Below are positions 49,534 through 59,317 of a stretch of DNA of 64,000 nt, in pieces (the stretch's first letter is position 1; each line of letters opens with the position of its first letter). Source of the DNA: an uncultured bacterium (GTDB taxonomy: Bacteria; Babelota; Babeliae; Babelales; JABCYS01); assembly GCA_963705705.1 (NCBI GenBank), contig CAVPKK010000007.1, positions 160,001 to 224,000 of the forward strand, written 5' to 3'. The position numbers and the translations under genes were made by a program. The notes beneath the pieces are model-generated. The model saw nothing but the letters and a program-made list of their open reading frames with translations. It was not told the DNA's origin and made no database searches.

Positions 49534-50866
49534 CCTATTGTTAACAATAGTTTTTTTCTCCCCATTATTTGCATCCGACCAACCAAAACCTGCGCAGCTG
49601 CAGTTGGCGACTGTTACTGCCCAAAAATTTGAGAAGATGCCACTCTTAATTGTGGTGCACTCTCCCAAAAGAGAATTGCGGAAGATACTCACTTTCTTGC
49701 AGCATGATCTGAGCTTTACTAATCAATTTGATGTACAAATAACTGAACTTAGAGAACCGGTTCGAGAAAAGAACTCCTTTAATACTTGGGCAGAACAAGG
49801 ATACCCATTAGTCCTTATCGTTGAAGAAAATAACGCCCAAATCACCTGGCGTTTGTACGATACGTCATCGATAAACATGATTAAAGGTCAACAACTGCAA
49901 TCATCTGAACAGCCAAATGCCACGGCACATGCACTGGCCGATCAAATGTGGCCAGCCTTAACGGGATCTACCGGTTTCTTTTCATCAAAGTTGGTCTATA
50001 GCAAAATGGCGCAGCGGCGGGGACGGAATATCAAAAAGCATCTATTAATAAGAGATGCAACCGATACTACTGGCCATAGTGAACAATTATTGGTTAATTC
50101 GCCAACCATTAATGTATCGCCACGGTGGAACCGGGATGCAAAATCTCCGTTGGTGCTATATTCAGAATATACAAAATCAAATGTTCGTTTGGTAGCAGTA
50201 AACATGGAGGGCAAGCGCTCAATTGTTTCCAATTTCGATGGCGTAAATATGCAAGTGTCGTACAGCCATGATGGGAAAGAAGTAGTTTATTGCCTTTCTC
50301 GACCGCCGCTGCCAACATTACCTTCGCATACCACTACGCAGTTATATCATTACACAGTCGATGAATCAGGCGAACCAAAGGTAAAGAGATTAACACCGCT
50401 GGCAGGGAATAATTTTGCACCGTGTTGGGGCCCTGGCAACTCTATCTTCTATGCCAGTGATCTTGGTTCGTTAGGAAATCCTAAAATACATTGGCAATGC
50501 TTTGACAATGGTAATGTCACTCCAATTACCAATGCCGGCTTTTGCGTAAGCCCTACCTACAGCCCGGCTACCAATCGCTTGGCATATAGCAAAATGGTAA
50601 AAGGACGCATGCAACTATTTTTACATGATTTGGATACTAAGAAGGAAGAACAAATAACCTTTGATCCTGCAAGCAAGGATGAATGCTGCTGGTCGCCATG
50701 CGGCAACCTACTTGCTTTCGTTGCTGAACAACCGGGCACTGGTAAAAACCGTATAGGTATTTTTAACTTGATGACCCGTGAACAAAAAATGCTTACGCCG
50801 CCAAACGAAGATTGCGGCTACCCACATTGGTCGCCTATTTACTCTCAGTTGCCGATGAAGGGATAG
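49499..50866 (+). CDS. tolB: TolB-like beta-propeller protein
   Basis: Signal peptide, AHALAD..LTG..GFFSSKLVY, PD40-like PxWSP repeats; operon context. Confidence 0.85.
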   Translation: MVRKLFYHLRHSLLLTIVFFSPLFASDQPKPAQLQLATVTAQKFEKMPLLIVVHSPKRELRKILTFLQHDLSFTNQFDVQITELREPVREKNSFNTWAEQGYPLVLIVEENNAQITWRLYDTSSINMIKGQQLQSSEQPNATAHALADQMWPALTGSTGFFSSKLVYSKMAQRRGRNIKKHLLIRDATDTTGHSEQLLVNSPTINVSPRWNRDAKSPLVLYSEYTKSNVRLVAVNMEGKRSIVSNFDGVNMQVSYSHDGKEVVYCLSRPPLPTLPSHTTTQLYHYTVDESGEPKVKRLTPLAGNNFAPCWGPGNSIFYASDLGSLGNPKIHWQCFDNGNVTPITNAGFCVSPTYSPATNRLAYSKMVKGRMQLFLHDLDTKKEEQITFDPASKDECCWSPCGNLLAFVAEQPGTGKNRIGIFNLMTREQKMLTPPNEDCGYPHWSPIYSQLPMKG

Positions 50867-52333
50867 TTAATCAACTTCGTCAAAAGACATAGGACGGGCT
50901 GGTATAGCAAGTTTATTTGATGACCATGATGGAATCATAAGTTCACTTGCAGGGGTACCGATCGGCGAATCTGTAAGCGAATCAGGAGAGGTTCCGCTAC
51001 TTTGCGATGGCACGTCCGCTAAGTCATCAGAATTTGTCGTTACATCAGATGAAGTGGATTCTCGGCTTATAGTATTCATTGGCACTAGCTTTGGTATATC
51101 AATCATGATTCGAATGCCAAATGTTTCTGGTGTTGGGGAAGAGGCAGGGCTAGGCGAAGGCAATGGTCTTGGTGTACCAGCCATCAAATGCCTACTTGCC
51201 TCAGCTAAATAGATAACTTGACGTTGGATTAACTCATCCCTCACCTGTTCGATCTCGGCTTTCCGCTGCTTGTCGACAACTAATTTCATTTTTGCCTTAA
51301 ACTCATTTTTTAATGTATCAAGCGAAACAATGCTCCGACGAAAAAAATCATTGAAGTAATCATGGACTTCAGCTGCCGTTTCGAAATTATGGGATTCACG
51401 CAAAACTCGCATTTGTGACTTAAATACTTTTATTAATGTATCTTCATATGCAAAGTATTTTTTAAACTTTTCCAATAGGTCTCGGCCGCTAATGCTACCA
51501 ACAGGATCGTTTGAACTTAATGGCTGTAAGATGTCAGGTTCGACAGTAGGCACACTGGTGTCATGCGTGCGCGTTTCAAAATATATTTCGTACGCTTTTT
51601 CCAAGTATCGCGCTTTTTCAAACGACATCTCGAAAGACTCTGTATGGCCGGTTGTCCATTGTCTGACTAATTCGGCATTAGTTAGTATTGCCTCCTTGGC
51701 AACCCGATGTTCTGTTTTCGGCCAAAGGCAACTGCCCAATGCAAAAGCAATGGCATATGGGCGAAATCTATGAGCATCTGCGACTACATTATTCTGCAAT
51801 GACCGAACAAGCGATTGCCTGCTCTGATTATCATGTAATGACTCACGAGTAAGCTCGACCGGTTCTTCATCATCCGAACGTGGTTCAAGCGTGGGAGAAG
51901 GTGTCGATCCACGAAGAGCCATTAACATCGTTCTTGCATTGTATTGCGCCCCGGTAAAAATTTCCCCATCTACTTCGTTAAAAAAGCGTTTGTCAGATGG
52001 CACATCTTGAAAATACAATTTCCCGCTAACTGTAAGCTCGGCAAAGGGGTTGGCGCTAGCCTTACAAATAGTTGCCAGCTCATCCAATACATCTTCGTTA
52101 TCCATTTTAGAGCTGATCCAAGCGATCAAAGCTCTACCTGTCGGCATTGGCTGCGGCATCGGAAGTTGATGATTTAATTGAGTGCCATTTGCGTGGTTAA
52201 TTTGCTCCTCTATAGGCGCAAATTTTCGCTTTTTATATTCCAGGGATGGCGATGGAGACGGGGATGAAGAAGATGACAGAATTGTTGTGCACGCAGTCAG
52301 CAATGCGCTGAGAATTAAAATTTTGCTCGTCAT
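50867..52333 (-). CDS. Exported protein, distant relative of the array family lacking the F-box
   Basis: Signal peptide, SSSSSPSPSPS, KKRK, then MPTGRALIAW..ANPFAEL..YFQDVPSDKRFFN..RPYAIA. Confidence 0.75.
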   Translation of the reverse strand: MTSKILILSALLTACTTILSSSSSPSPSPSLEYKKRKFAPIEEQINHANGTQLNHQLPMPQPMPTGRALIAWISSKMDNEDVLDELATICKASANPFAELTVSGKLYFQDVPSDKRFFNEVDGEIFTGAQYNARTMLMALRGSTPSPTLEPRSDDEEPVELTRESLHDNQSRQSLVRSLQNNVVADAHRFRPYAIAFALGSCLWPKTEHRVAKEAILTNAELVRQWTTGHTESFEMSFEKARYLEKAYEIYFETRTHDTSVPTVEPDILQPLSSNDPVGSISGRDLLEKFKKYFAYEDTLIKVFKSQMRVLRESHNFETAAEVHDYFNDFFRRSIVSLDTLKNEFKAKMKLVVDKQRKAEIEQVRDELIQRQVIYLAEASRHLMAGTPRPLPSPSPASSPTPETFGIRIMIDIPKLVPMNTISRESTSSDVTTNSDDLADVPSQSSGTSPDSLTDSPIGTPASELMIPSWSSNKLAIPARPMSFDEVD

Positions 52334-52577
52334 GATGTATTCCAAAATGTTGGTCCGGACCCCACTCGCGGCGGGAGATACATGATACCATCCTCTTTAG
52401 TTATTGCCATATTTTTGACCTAGGAGGATCTTATACCTCCAATCTAGCTTTCTGAGGCTGCTATAGCGCGAAAAGGCTTGATTTGGCATAATCCAGGATT
52501 ATAGGCAAAAGGCGTACCCTTTTGACCTAAGAATTAGGCCATATATGCTAGCTAATATCATTCAAATGGAGACCCCA

Positions 52578-54038
52578 ATGACTATTTTAAGATACCTATC
52601 AATCATTACGTTAATCATCCCATTCATTGCTTTTGCGGCAGAAAAAAGCCCGAGCCCTAGTAGTTCATTCGTGCCGGCAGCCCAGTCCTCAAATCCAAAT
52701 CCAAATTGGAATGCCCAGCAGGCTGAAACCAAGCTGGATGATGAGCGAAAAGATCGTGATGATGAATCACCTTCAAGCGTTCCACAGCCAAGAAAGTTCA
52801 TTCCGAAGCATGAAGTTTTATCTTACTCAAATGCCGAACTTCACATCAAAAGCTTTGATAAGTTAATGAAGACGGCAGCCAGAGGTGATAACGGAAAGAT
52901 CCGAAAATTATTAGAAGAAGAAGAGACTGCCAGCTTTCATGTTTTGAATCTAAAACCCTATACCTCCAATTTTGATGTCCCCATCAATGCCCGCGAATTT
53001 CTCCTTCGATTAAACAAAGATTATAACTGGCCCGCGCATGATCATATTGCAGAAAACAACCGCAGCATGCCTTTGAGCATGGTACTGAGTGATCCAAAAT
53101 ATAGTGATGCTTTCCTGAAGCATCTAGGTCCACTTGCATTGGCAGCAATGGGTGGGCATATAGCTGCGGTCCACACATTACTAGCACATTTGCTCAATGG
53201 GGAACAAACGGAACTTGCCTACAGCAACCGATATGAGTTTATTCAACATGCGTTGGAAAAAGTAATTCGCTGTAGCAATATGTTGTCTTGTAATGGCATG
53301 CGATCAATCTTTCAAAGCCTTGAAATCCTTACCCCGCCAACGCAAGCGCAGTACTTCTATATCGTCCGCACGTTGTTGGCGCGCTTCAATAGAATTAAAC
53401 ATACTGTTGACGCAAATTATCTGAAAAAAGAAAGAGCAGACGTAGCTTTTTTACCATCCCATGAGATAGCCAAAGATTCCGTAATGCTGGCCATGCGCTA
53501 TGGCTCTCCCGACATGCTAACTATTATTGCGCAAGCATTTTCCGGTGCCGTTGCCATGCCAATGTATTGGCATCGTCCAGGTCTTGACGGTATATGCAGA
53601 TTCCATGTTCAAGAATTTACGAATGGCGAGAAGCTGGCAATATTGCTATCGGTTAATGCTGATCCGAGCTCGATAGTTTTTCAGCTAAGCAGAGGCTTGC
53701 TCAACAACATTTCGCATCACCCAAAATTGCTTGAGAGATTAAAAAAATATGCACAAGAATTAGATGCCTATGATTATCTTGGGCAACAGACATTACCTGA
53801 CCTTGCAAAAATTGTGGCTGGTTATGCCGAGCATTGTCGCCATCGAATGCCACCCGCAATTGTGCAACAAATTTTGGCAACGCACCCTGCAGATAATATT
53901 GAAACAGATCTTAATAAGTTATATCTGCAAGTAATGCGCGGACAGCCAGCACCACAGACTGAGTCACCAGAAGAGGGCTTATTGCAACATTTGCAACAAG
54001 CGGAACGGCAAGCTTCAAGCGATAACGGATCAATTTGA
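52578..54038 (+). CDS. Exported protein with degenerate ankyrin-like repeats
   Basis: ggag RBS, signal peptide (..IAFA), SPSPSSS linker, PLALAAMGGHIAAVHTLL and AARGDNGKIRKLLE segments. Confidence 0.65.
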   Translation: MTILRYLSIITLIIPFIAFAAEKSPSPSSSFVPAAQSSNPNPNWNAQQAETKLDDERKDRDDESPSSVPQPRKFIPKHEVLSYSNAELHIKSFDKLMKTAARGDNGKIRKLLEEEETASFHVLNLKPYTSNFDVPINAREFLLRLNKDYNWPAHDHIAENNRSMPLSMVLSDPKYSDAFLKHLGPLALAAMGGHIAAVHTLLAHLLNGEQTELAYSNRYEFIQHALEKVIRCSNMLSCNGMRSIFQSLEILTPPTQAQYFYIVRTLLARFNRIKHTVDANYLKKERADVAFLPSHEIAKDSVMLAMRYGSPDMLTIIAQAFSGAVAMPMYWHRPGLDGICRFHVQEFTNGEKLAILLSVNADPSSIVFQLSRGLLNNISHHPKLLERLKKYAQELDAYDYLGQQTLPDLAKIVAGYAEHCRHRMPPAIVQQILATHPADNIETDLNKLYLQVMRGQPAPQTESPEEGLLQHLQQAERQASSDNGSI

Positions 54039-54101
54039 GCATCGCGATTTCTGTAAATTTAAGGTATAATAGGAACTCCTAAAAACTTGTAACGGAGACC
54101 T

Positions 54102-56675
54102 ATGGAAATCCCACCAAATCAATCCAAATTACCTGTTCCTGGAATCAAGCCGATCCTTATTGAAGACGAACTCAAATCATCCTTCTTAGACTATGCCATG
54201 TCGGTGGTGGTCAGTCGGGCGCTCCCTGATGTCCGCGATGGGCTCAAGCCAGTACATCGGCGTATTCTGTATGCCATGCATACACAGGGATACCATTACA
54301 ACCGGCCGTACCATAAGTCTGTTCGCGTGGTGGGTGAAGTGCTTGGTAAGTACCATCCGCATGGTGACCAAGCAGTTTATAATACCATGGTGGGCATGGT
54401 ACAGGATTTCTCAAAACGTTATCCACTCTTGGATGGTCAAGGTAACTGGGGTTCGGTTGACGGGGACAACGCAGCGGCTATGCGTTATACCGAAGTCAGG
54501 ATGAAGAAAATTTCTGATGAACTACTGGCCGATCTAGATAAAGAAACCGTTCCATTTGTTCCAAACTTTGATGAATCAACCGTTGAACCGGTTATTCTTC
54601 CAAGCAAGCTCCCCCACCTATTAATGAATGGTGCCTCAGGTATCGCCGTTGGTATGGCTACAACCATACCGCCTCACAATCTGACTGAAGTTATTGATGG
54701 CTGCTTGGCCATGATTCGTAATCGCGACATGACTGATGAACAATTATTCAGCATCATCCAAGCGCCTGATTTCCCAACCGGCGGTATTATTTGCGGTCGT
54801 GCCGGCATCATTAAGGCTTATCTAACTGGGCGCGGCAGTTTTACCGTGCGCGGGATAGTTGAAATTGAAGAAACGAAAAAAGGAACTGCCATTGTGGTTG
54901 CAGAACTGCCCTACCAAGTTAATAAGGCAGAGCTGACGATCAAGATTGCTGAGCTGGTCAAAGAAAAAGTTATTGAAGGCATCACCAACATTCGTGATGA
55001 ATCTAATAAAAAAGGGATTCGCCTCGTCATCGATGTAAAAAAGAGCGAAGATCCGCAACTCATTTTAAATCAGCTGTATAAATACACTGACCTTGAAACC
55101 AATATTCATATGCTCATGTTGTCGTTGTTGGACAACAGGCCAATGATTTTCACCTTGCGTGAAATGCTCCAAGAATTTTTGGCGCACCGCGAAGAAGTGA
55201 TATATAAGCGGTCGGTATATGATCTTAAACGAGCGCAGTCGCGAGAGCATATTCTCCAAGGTTTACTCATTGCACTTGGCTCTATTGATGATGTAGTGCA
55301 GCTCATTAAGAAATCGCAAACGGCACAAGAAGCAATCGAAAAGTTGCATGCTAAGTTTACGCTCTCTGAAGAACAGGCTAAGGCAATTTTGGAAATGCGC
55401 TTACAACGTTTGACTGGTCTTGAGCAGGAAAAAATTAATAATGAAATCTCTGAGCTCATAGCAAGCATCGCTGATTTGAATACGATCATTCAGGATCGCC
55501 CAAGATTGCATCAAGAGATTATTAAGGAATTAGAGAAGACCAAAGAAGAGTTTGGCGATAAGCGCAAAACACAAATTGGTGGCGAGGCTGGCATTCTTTC
55601 GGCAGCTGATCTCATTCCGGATGAGGAAGTGGTTGTCACATTGACTCGCAAAGGCTACATCAAACGTGTACCGGTTACGGTTTACCAACTACAACACCGT
55701 GGCGGCAAGGGCAAGATGGGTATCTCCGATCTCGAAGAAGTTGATGACCTTATTGAGAATGTATTCGTTGCCCGCAACCATGATGAGTTACTATTCTTCA
55801 CCTCACTTGGGCGGGTGTATAGCATGAATGTATACGAAGTGCCTGAAGCATCTCGTACCGCTCGCGGCCGTGCTATTGTAAATCTTCTTACGCTAGGCCA
55901 AGGAGAGAAAGTCGTAAAATTACTCTGCCTGCGCGGGATGGAAAATAAATTTATTGTGATGGTGACTAAAAACGGCACCATTAAACGCGTTGATGCTATG
56001 CGATTTGCCAATATTCGTACTTCGGGTATTCGGGCAATTACATTGGATCAAGGAGACGACTTAGCATATTGCGCTGTCAGCAACGGCAATGATGACGTGA
56101 TGATTGCGACAGCCAAGGGGCAGGGCATTCATTTCAAAGAAGCTGAAGTTCGGGTCATGGGTCGCGAAGCTGCTGGCGTTATTGGTATACGCTGCAGAAA
56201 AGGCGATCATGTAATCGGTATGGAAATTGTTTCTGCGCCAACTGACATTCTGTTTGCAACAGCCAATGGTTACGGCAAACGGGTCAGCAGTACCAATTTC
56301 CGCCAAACACACCGCAGCGGTGTTGGTGTGCGAACTATTCCAACAACTAAGCGTAATGGTGATGTTATTGGCTTGGTTAAAGTATCCGACAGTTCTAATG
56401 TGTTGTTAATCGATTCGCTTGGTAAAATCATTCGTCTACCGTCCCAAGAAATTCGTACAATGGGCCGAGGAGCTAGTGGTGTTCGTCTCATTAAGTTAGA
56501 TGATGGTCAGCACTTGGTTGGCATGGTGGCGTTTGAGGAAAATCACAATAATGGTGGGTTGCCAGAGGAAGATACTGGCGGTTCAGATATTGTTGGTGCG
56601 CCTGAGCAAAAAGTTGATGGACCTATTGATCAACAGCAAAGCACCCTATTCATGTTTGGTGATTTGCCAGAATAG
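54102..56675 (+). CDS. gyrA: DNA gyrase subunit A
   Basis: [30 protein letters not shown] and GyrA-box QHRGGKG. Confidence 0.98.
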   Translation: MEIPPNQSKLPVPGIKPILIEDELKSSFLDYAMSVVVSRALPDVRDGLKPVHRRILYAMHTQGYHYNRPYHKSVRVVGEVLGKYHPHGDQAVYNTMVGMVQDFSKRYPLLDGQGNWGSVDGDNAAAMRYTEVRMKKISDELLADLDKETVPFVPNFDESTVEPVILPSKLPHLLMNGASGIAVGMATTIPPHNLTEVIDGCLAMIRNRDMTDEQLFSIIQAPDFPTGGIICGRAGIIKAYLTGRGSFTVRGIVEIEETKKGTAIVVAELPYQVNKAELTIKIAELVKEKVIEGITNIRDESNKKGIRLVIDVKKSEDPQLILNQLYKYTDLETNIHMLMLSLLDNRPMIFTLREMLQEFLAHREEVIYKRSVYDLKRAQSREHILQGLLIALGSIDDVVQLIKKSQTAQEAIEKLHAKFTLSEEQAKAILEMRLQRLTGLEQEKINNEISELIASIADLNTIIQDRPRLHQEIIKELEKTKEEFGDKRKTQIGGEAGILSAADLIPDEEVVVTLTRKGYIKRVPVTVYQLQHRGGKGKMGISDLEEVDDLIENVFVARNHDELLFFTSLGRVYSMNVYEVPEASRTARGRAIVNLLTLGQGEKVVKLLCLRGMENKFIVMVTKNGTIKRVDAMRFANIRTSGIRAITLDQGDDLAYCAVSNGNDDVMIATAKGQGIHFKEAEVRVMGREAAGVIGIRCRKGDHVIGMEIVSAPTDILFATANGYGKRVSSTNFRQTHRSGVGVRTIPTTKRNGDVIGLVKVSDSSNVLLIDSLGKIIRLPSQEIRTMGRGASGVRLIKLDDGQHLVGMVAFEENHNNGGLPEEDTGGSDIVGAPEQKVDGPIDQQQSTLFMFGDLPE

Positions 56676-56808
56676 TAGGTACGCTCCAAAAAAACCAAAG
56701 GGCTTGAGCTAAAATTCCTTGCTTCCTAGGAGCAGAGCTCCAACGTTCGCTACGGAATTACCTCTTCGCCCTGCGATACCCTTTAAGATCTGATACACAC
56801 AATGAGAT

Positions 56809-56873
56809 AAAAATACAAAGCACTCGCCGCCATTGGAACTTGCTACTAGGCGGCGATGCTTTGATATTTTTTT
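56809..56873. terminator. Long hairpin, probable bidirectional terminator
   Basis: aaaaatacaaagcactcgccgcc..ggcggcgatgctttgatatttttt. Confidence 0.6.
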
Positions 56874-56904
56874 CGAATAAAAGCCTGAAAAAAATTAAGT
56901 ATCC

Positions 56905-58005
56905 ATGGAACGTGATTTATTACTCAAACTAAATTTGATACCTGGCGTTGGCCCCGTCTCCATCCAAAAATTATTATCGCTTTCGCCCGGCGAGATGGAT
57001 GTGCGTAATATTGTTAGACAAGCCCAAATTCCACCAGCCATCGCTGAAAAAATTATCGCAGGCCTAGCCGATCAAAGCTTATTGGAAAAAGAACTATCAC
57101 TATTGGAAAAATCCAAATCCAAGGTCGTTACCATCCTAGATCCAAACTACCCAGAATTGCTTAAAAATATTTATGCTCCGCCGCCAGTTCTTTATTACCA
57201 AGGAGCAGACTTATCAAACCAACCTAATTGCGCCATAGTCGGTTCACGGGCGGCCAATGCCTACGGCAAAAGAGTGCTCCATAAATTTATACCTACCCTT
57301 GTCGAACACGGATGCACAATAGTCAGTGGTGGCGCACGAGGCATCGATGCCTATGCCCACTTTGAAACGATCCAGGCAAAAGGAAAAACGGTGGTCGTTT
57401 TAGGATCGGGACTCTTGAATCTATACCCACCTGAGCATTACAAACTGTTTGCCAATATTGTGGCAGCCGGCGGCACCATACTATCGCCCTTCCCACTGGC
57501 AACAGAACCGGCTCAAGGTAACTTTCCGGCGCGGAATCGGATCATCGCCGGCTTAAGCAAAGCATGCGTGGTCATTCAAGCAGCAGCTCGCAGCGGTGCT
57601 TTGATAACCGCGAAATTCGCCCTCGAACAAGGTCGAGAAGTATTGGCAGTTCCCGGACCAATAGATGATCCACTCAGCGAAGGTTGCCACAAACTCATAC
57701 AAGAGGGTGCAGGCCTGGTTCATTCGGTCGAAGATATTTTGCTAGCATTGGGATTGAAGGGGAAAGAAATAAGCTTGGAAACAGCCGCCCTTCCTACTGA
57801 TCAACCCATGGCTGAAGTTAAGGATATGCCCCTTGATAGAAGGATTCAGATGCTCTGCAGCAAGCAGGCGCAATCACTAGATGACCTGGCAGACGGTCTG
57901 GGTATAGACCCATCTGATCTGCATGATCCCCTTTTCCAACTGCAAATAGCCGGCAAATTGGTCCAAAACATGGCTGGCTTGTATGAGGCCCCGCAGCCAT
58001 TTTAG
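56905..58005 (+). CDS. dprA: DNA processing protein DprA
   Basis: AIVGSR, VSGGARGIDAYAH, FPARNRIIAGLS and SGALITA motifs. Confidence 0.96.
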   Translation: MERDLLLKLNLIPGVGPVSIQKLLSLSPGEMDVRNIVRQAQIPPAIAEKIIAGLADQSLLEKELSLLEKSKSKVVTILDPNYPELLKNIYAPPPVLYYQGADLSNQPNCAIVGSRAANAYGKRVLHKFIPTLVEHGCTIVSGGARGIDAYAHFETIQAKGKTVVVLGSGLLNLYPPEHYKLFANIVAAGGTILSPFPLATEPAQGNFPARNRIIAGLSKACVVIQAAARSGALITAKFALEQGREVLAVPGPIDDPLSEGCHKLIQEGAGLVHSVEDILLALGLKGKEISLETAALPTDQPMAEVKDMPLDRRIQMLCSKQAQSLDDLADGLGIDPSDLHDPLFQLQIAGKLVQNMAGLYEAPQPF

Positions 58006-58043
58006 GCTCATTATTCCGGCAGATGATTTGCCTGTGATATTAC

Positions 58044-58103
58044 TCCGCTCGCCCCGAGTGGTTTACTCCTGAGTAGCCTTAGGCGTATCGAAGGGTCGAG
58101 GGG
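58044..58103 (-). repeat. Nested palindromic element
   Basis: tccgctcgccccgagtg..actcctgagtagccttaggcgtatcgaagggtcgagggg. Confidence 0.7.
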
Positions 58104-58174
58104 TTGCTGAATAACCTGTTTTTTGCCATACTTTGCCTCCCATTTATTACAAAGAATTATTGGAGTTCCCTACC

Positions 58175-58450
58175 ATGCCAGTACCTAAACGTAAACGCTC
58201 CCGTGCCCGCCGAGATTCCCGCTTTGCAAATAAAGGCATTAAAGTAAAAGCAATTGCTTCTTGCCCACAATGCAAACAAGCTGTTATGCCGCATCAAGTT
58301 TGTATGAACTGCGGGCATTACAAAGGTCGCAAGGTCATGGTTACCAAAGCTGAACGCAGTGCAAAACGCGTTGAAACGAAAACTGCCCGTGAAGCAGCAG
58401 TCGCAAAACGCATGGGCGGTCAAGAGCCGAGCACACCACCAGCTGCATAA
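58175..58450 (+). CDS. rpmF: 50S ribosomal protein L32 with C-terminal extension
   Basis: MPVPKRKRS..CPQC..PHQVCMNCGHYKGR; ggag RBS. Confidence 0.96.
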   Translation: MPVPKRKRSRARRDSRFANKGIKVKAIASCPQCKQAVMPHQVCMNCGHYKGRKVMVTKAERSAKRVETKTAREAAVAKRMGGQEPSTPPAA

Positions 58451-58473
58451 ATTTTAAAACATTTTGAAACTCA

Positions 58474-58509
58474 GACCCTCAATACCTCATCAGTGTTGAG
58501 GGTTTTTTT
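58474..58509 (+). terminator. Rho-independent terminator after rpmF
   Basis: gaccctcaatac..gtgttgagggtt followed by a T-run. Confidence 0.8.
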
Positions 58510-58560
58510 GTTTGTGGTAACGTTGCTGCGCGCTTAAAATTTAAAAAAATAGGAAAAAAT

Positions 58561-59238
58561 ATGGAACACGCATCCGGACACATCTGGGATAACATTCTTT
58601 CATTTCGTCATTATCGTGAAGTTGGTATTGCTGTAGTGGCAGCAGGAATTTTAGTTGCTGGCTATTACGCATATGATGGATACGCAAATAATCGCGAAGC
58701 TCAAGCAAATCAAGTTTTTGCAGAAAGCTATGATCTTTTCCAAGCAGCCATAAATGCTGATGAAAAGGATGTCACCAAAAAACAGATGCTGTTAGAAGAA
58801 GCAGAAACAGCATTTAAAACTGGCTACACGAAGTTCTCGAATACCCGCCTTGCACCATACTTTCTTGGTCTTGAAGCAGAGGTAGCACTTAAGCGAGAAA
58901 ATCCTAAGTCCGCAATTGAGTTAATGAATAGAATGCTTGCCCTCATGAGCAAGAGTTCGCCATTATATGGCTTGTATGCAACTAAACTTGCACTCATAAA
59001 AATGGACCAGCCTGATATGGCGCAGGATGGTCTGCGAGAACTTGCAGCCTTGGCCCATGATGCACGCAATGATGCGCAAGATTTTGCATTGTATGTACTC
59101 GGCGAATATTATTGGGAACAAGGTGATACTGCTAAAGCAACAGAAACATGGCGCGAATTGCGCGATCTTGGCCAACGCGGCTCTCGCCCAATTGCATCTC
59201 CGTGGCTATCCTTGGTTCAACAACGATTAACGGCGTAG
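58561..59238 (+). CDS. Membrane-anchored TPR protein (YfgM-like)
   Basis: Single N-terminal TM helix followed by TPR-like helices; about 225 aa. Confidence 0.65.
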   Translation: MEHASGHIWDNILSFRHYREVGIAVVAAGILVAGYYAYDGYANNREAQANQVFAESYDLFQAAINADEKDVTKKQMLLEEAETAFKTGYTKFSNTRLAPYFLGLEAEVALKRENPKSAIELMNRMLALMSKSSPLYGLYATKLALIKMDQPDMAQDGLRELAALAHDARNDAQDFALYVLGEYYWEQGDTAKATETWRELRDLGQRGSRPIASPWLSLVQQRLTA

Positions 59239-59259
59239 TTAGTTCGAAATTATCAGATT

Positions 59260-59294
59260 CGCGCTATATCCTTCGATCAACTCAGGATGAGCGC
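59260..59294 (+). repeat. Palindromic element, short form
   Basis: cgcgctatatccttcgatcaactcaggatgagcgc. Confidence 0.88.
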
Positions 59295-59317
59295 AGTCTT
59301 ATTTGCATCAAAAGATT

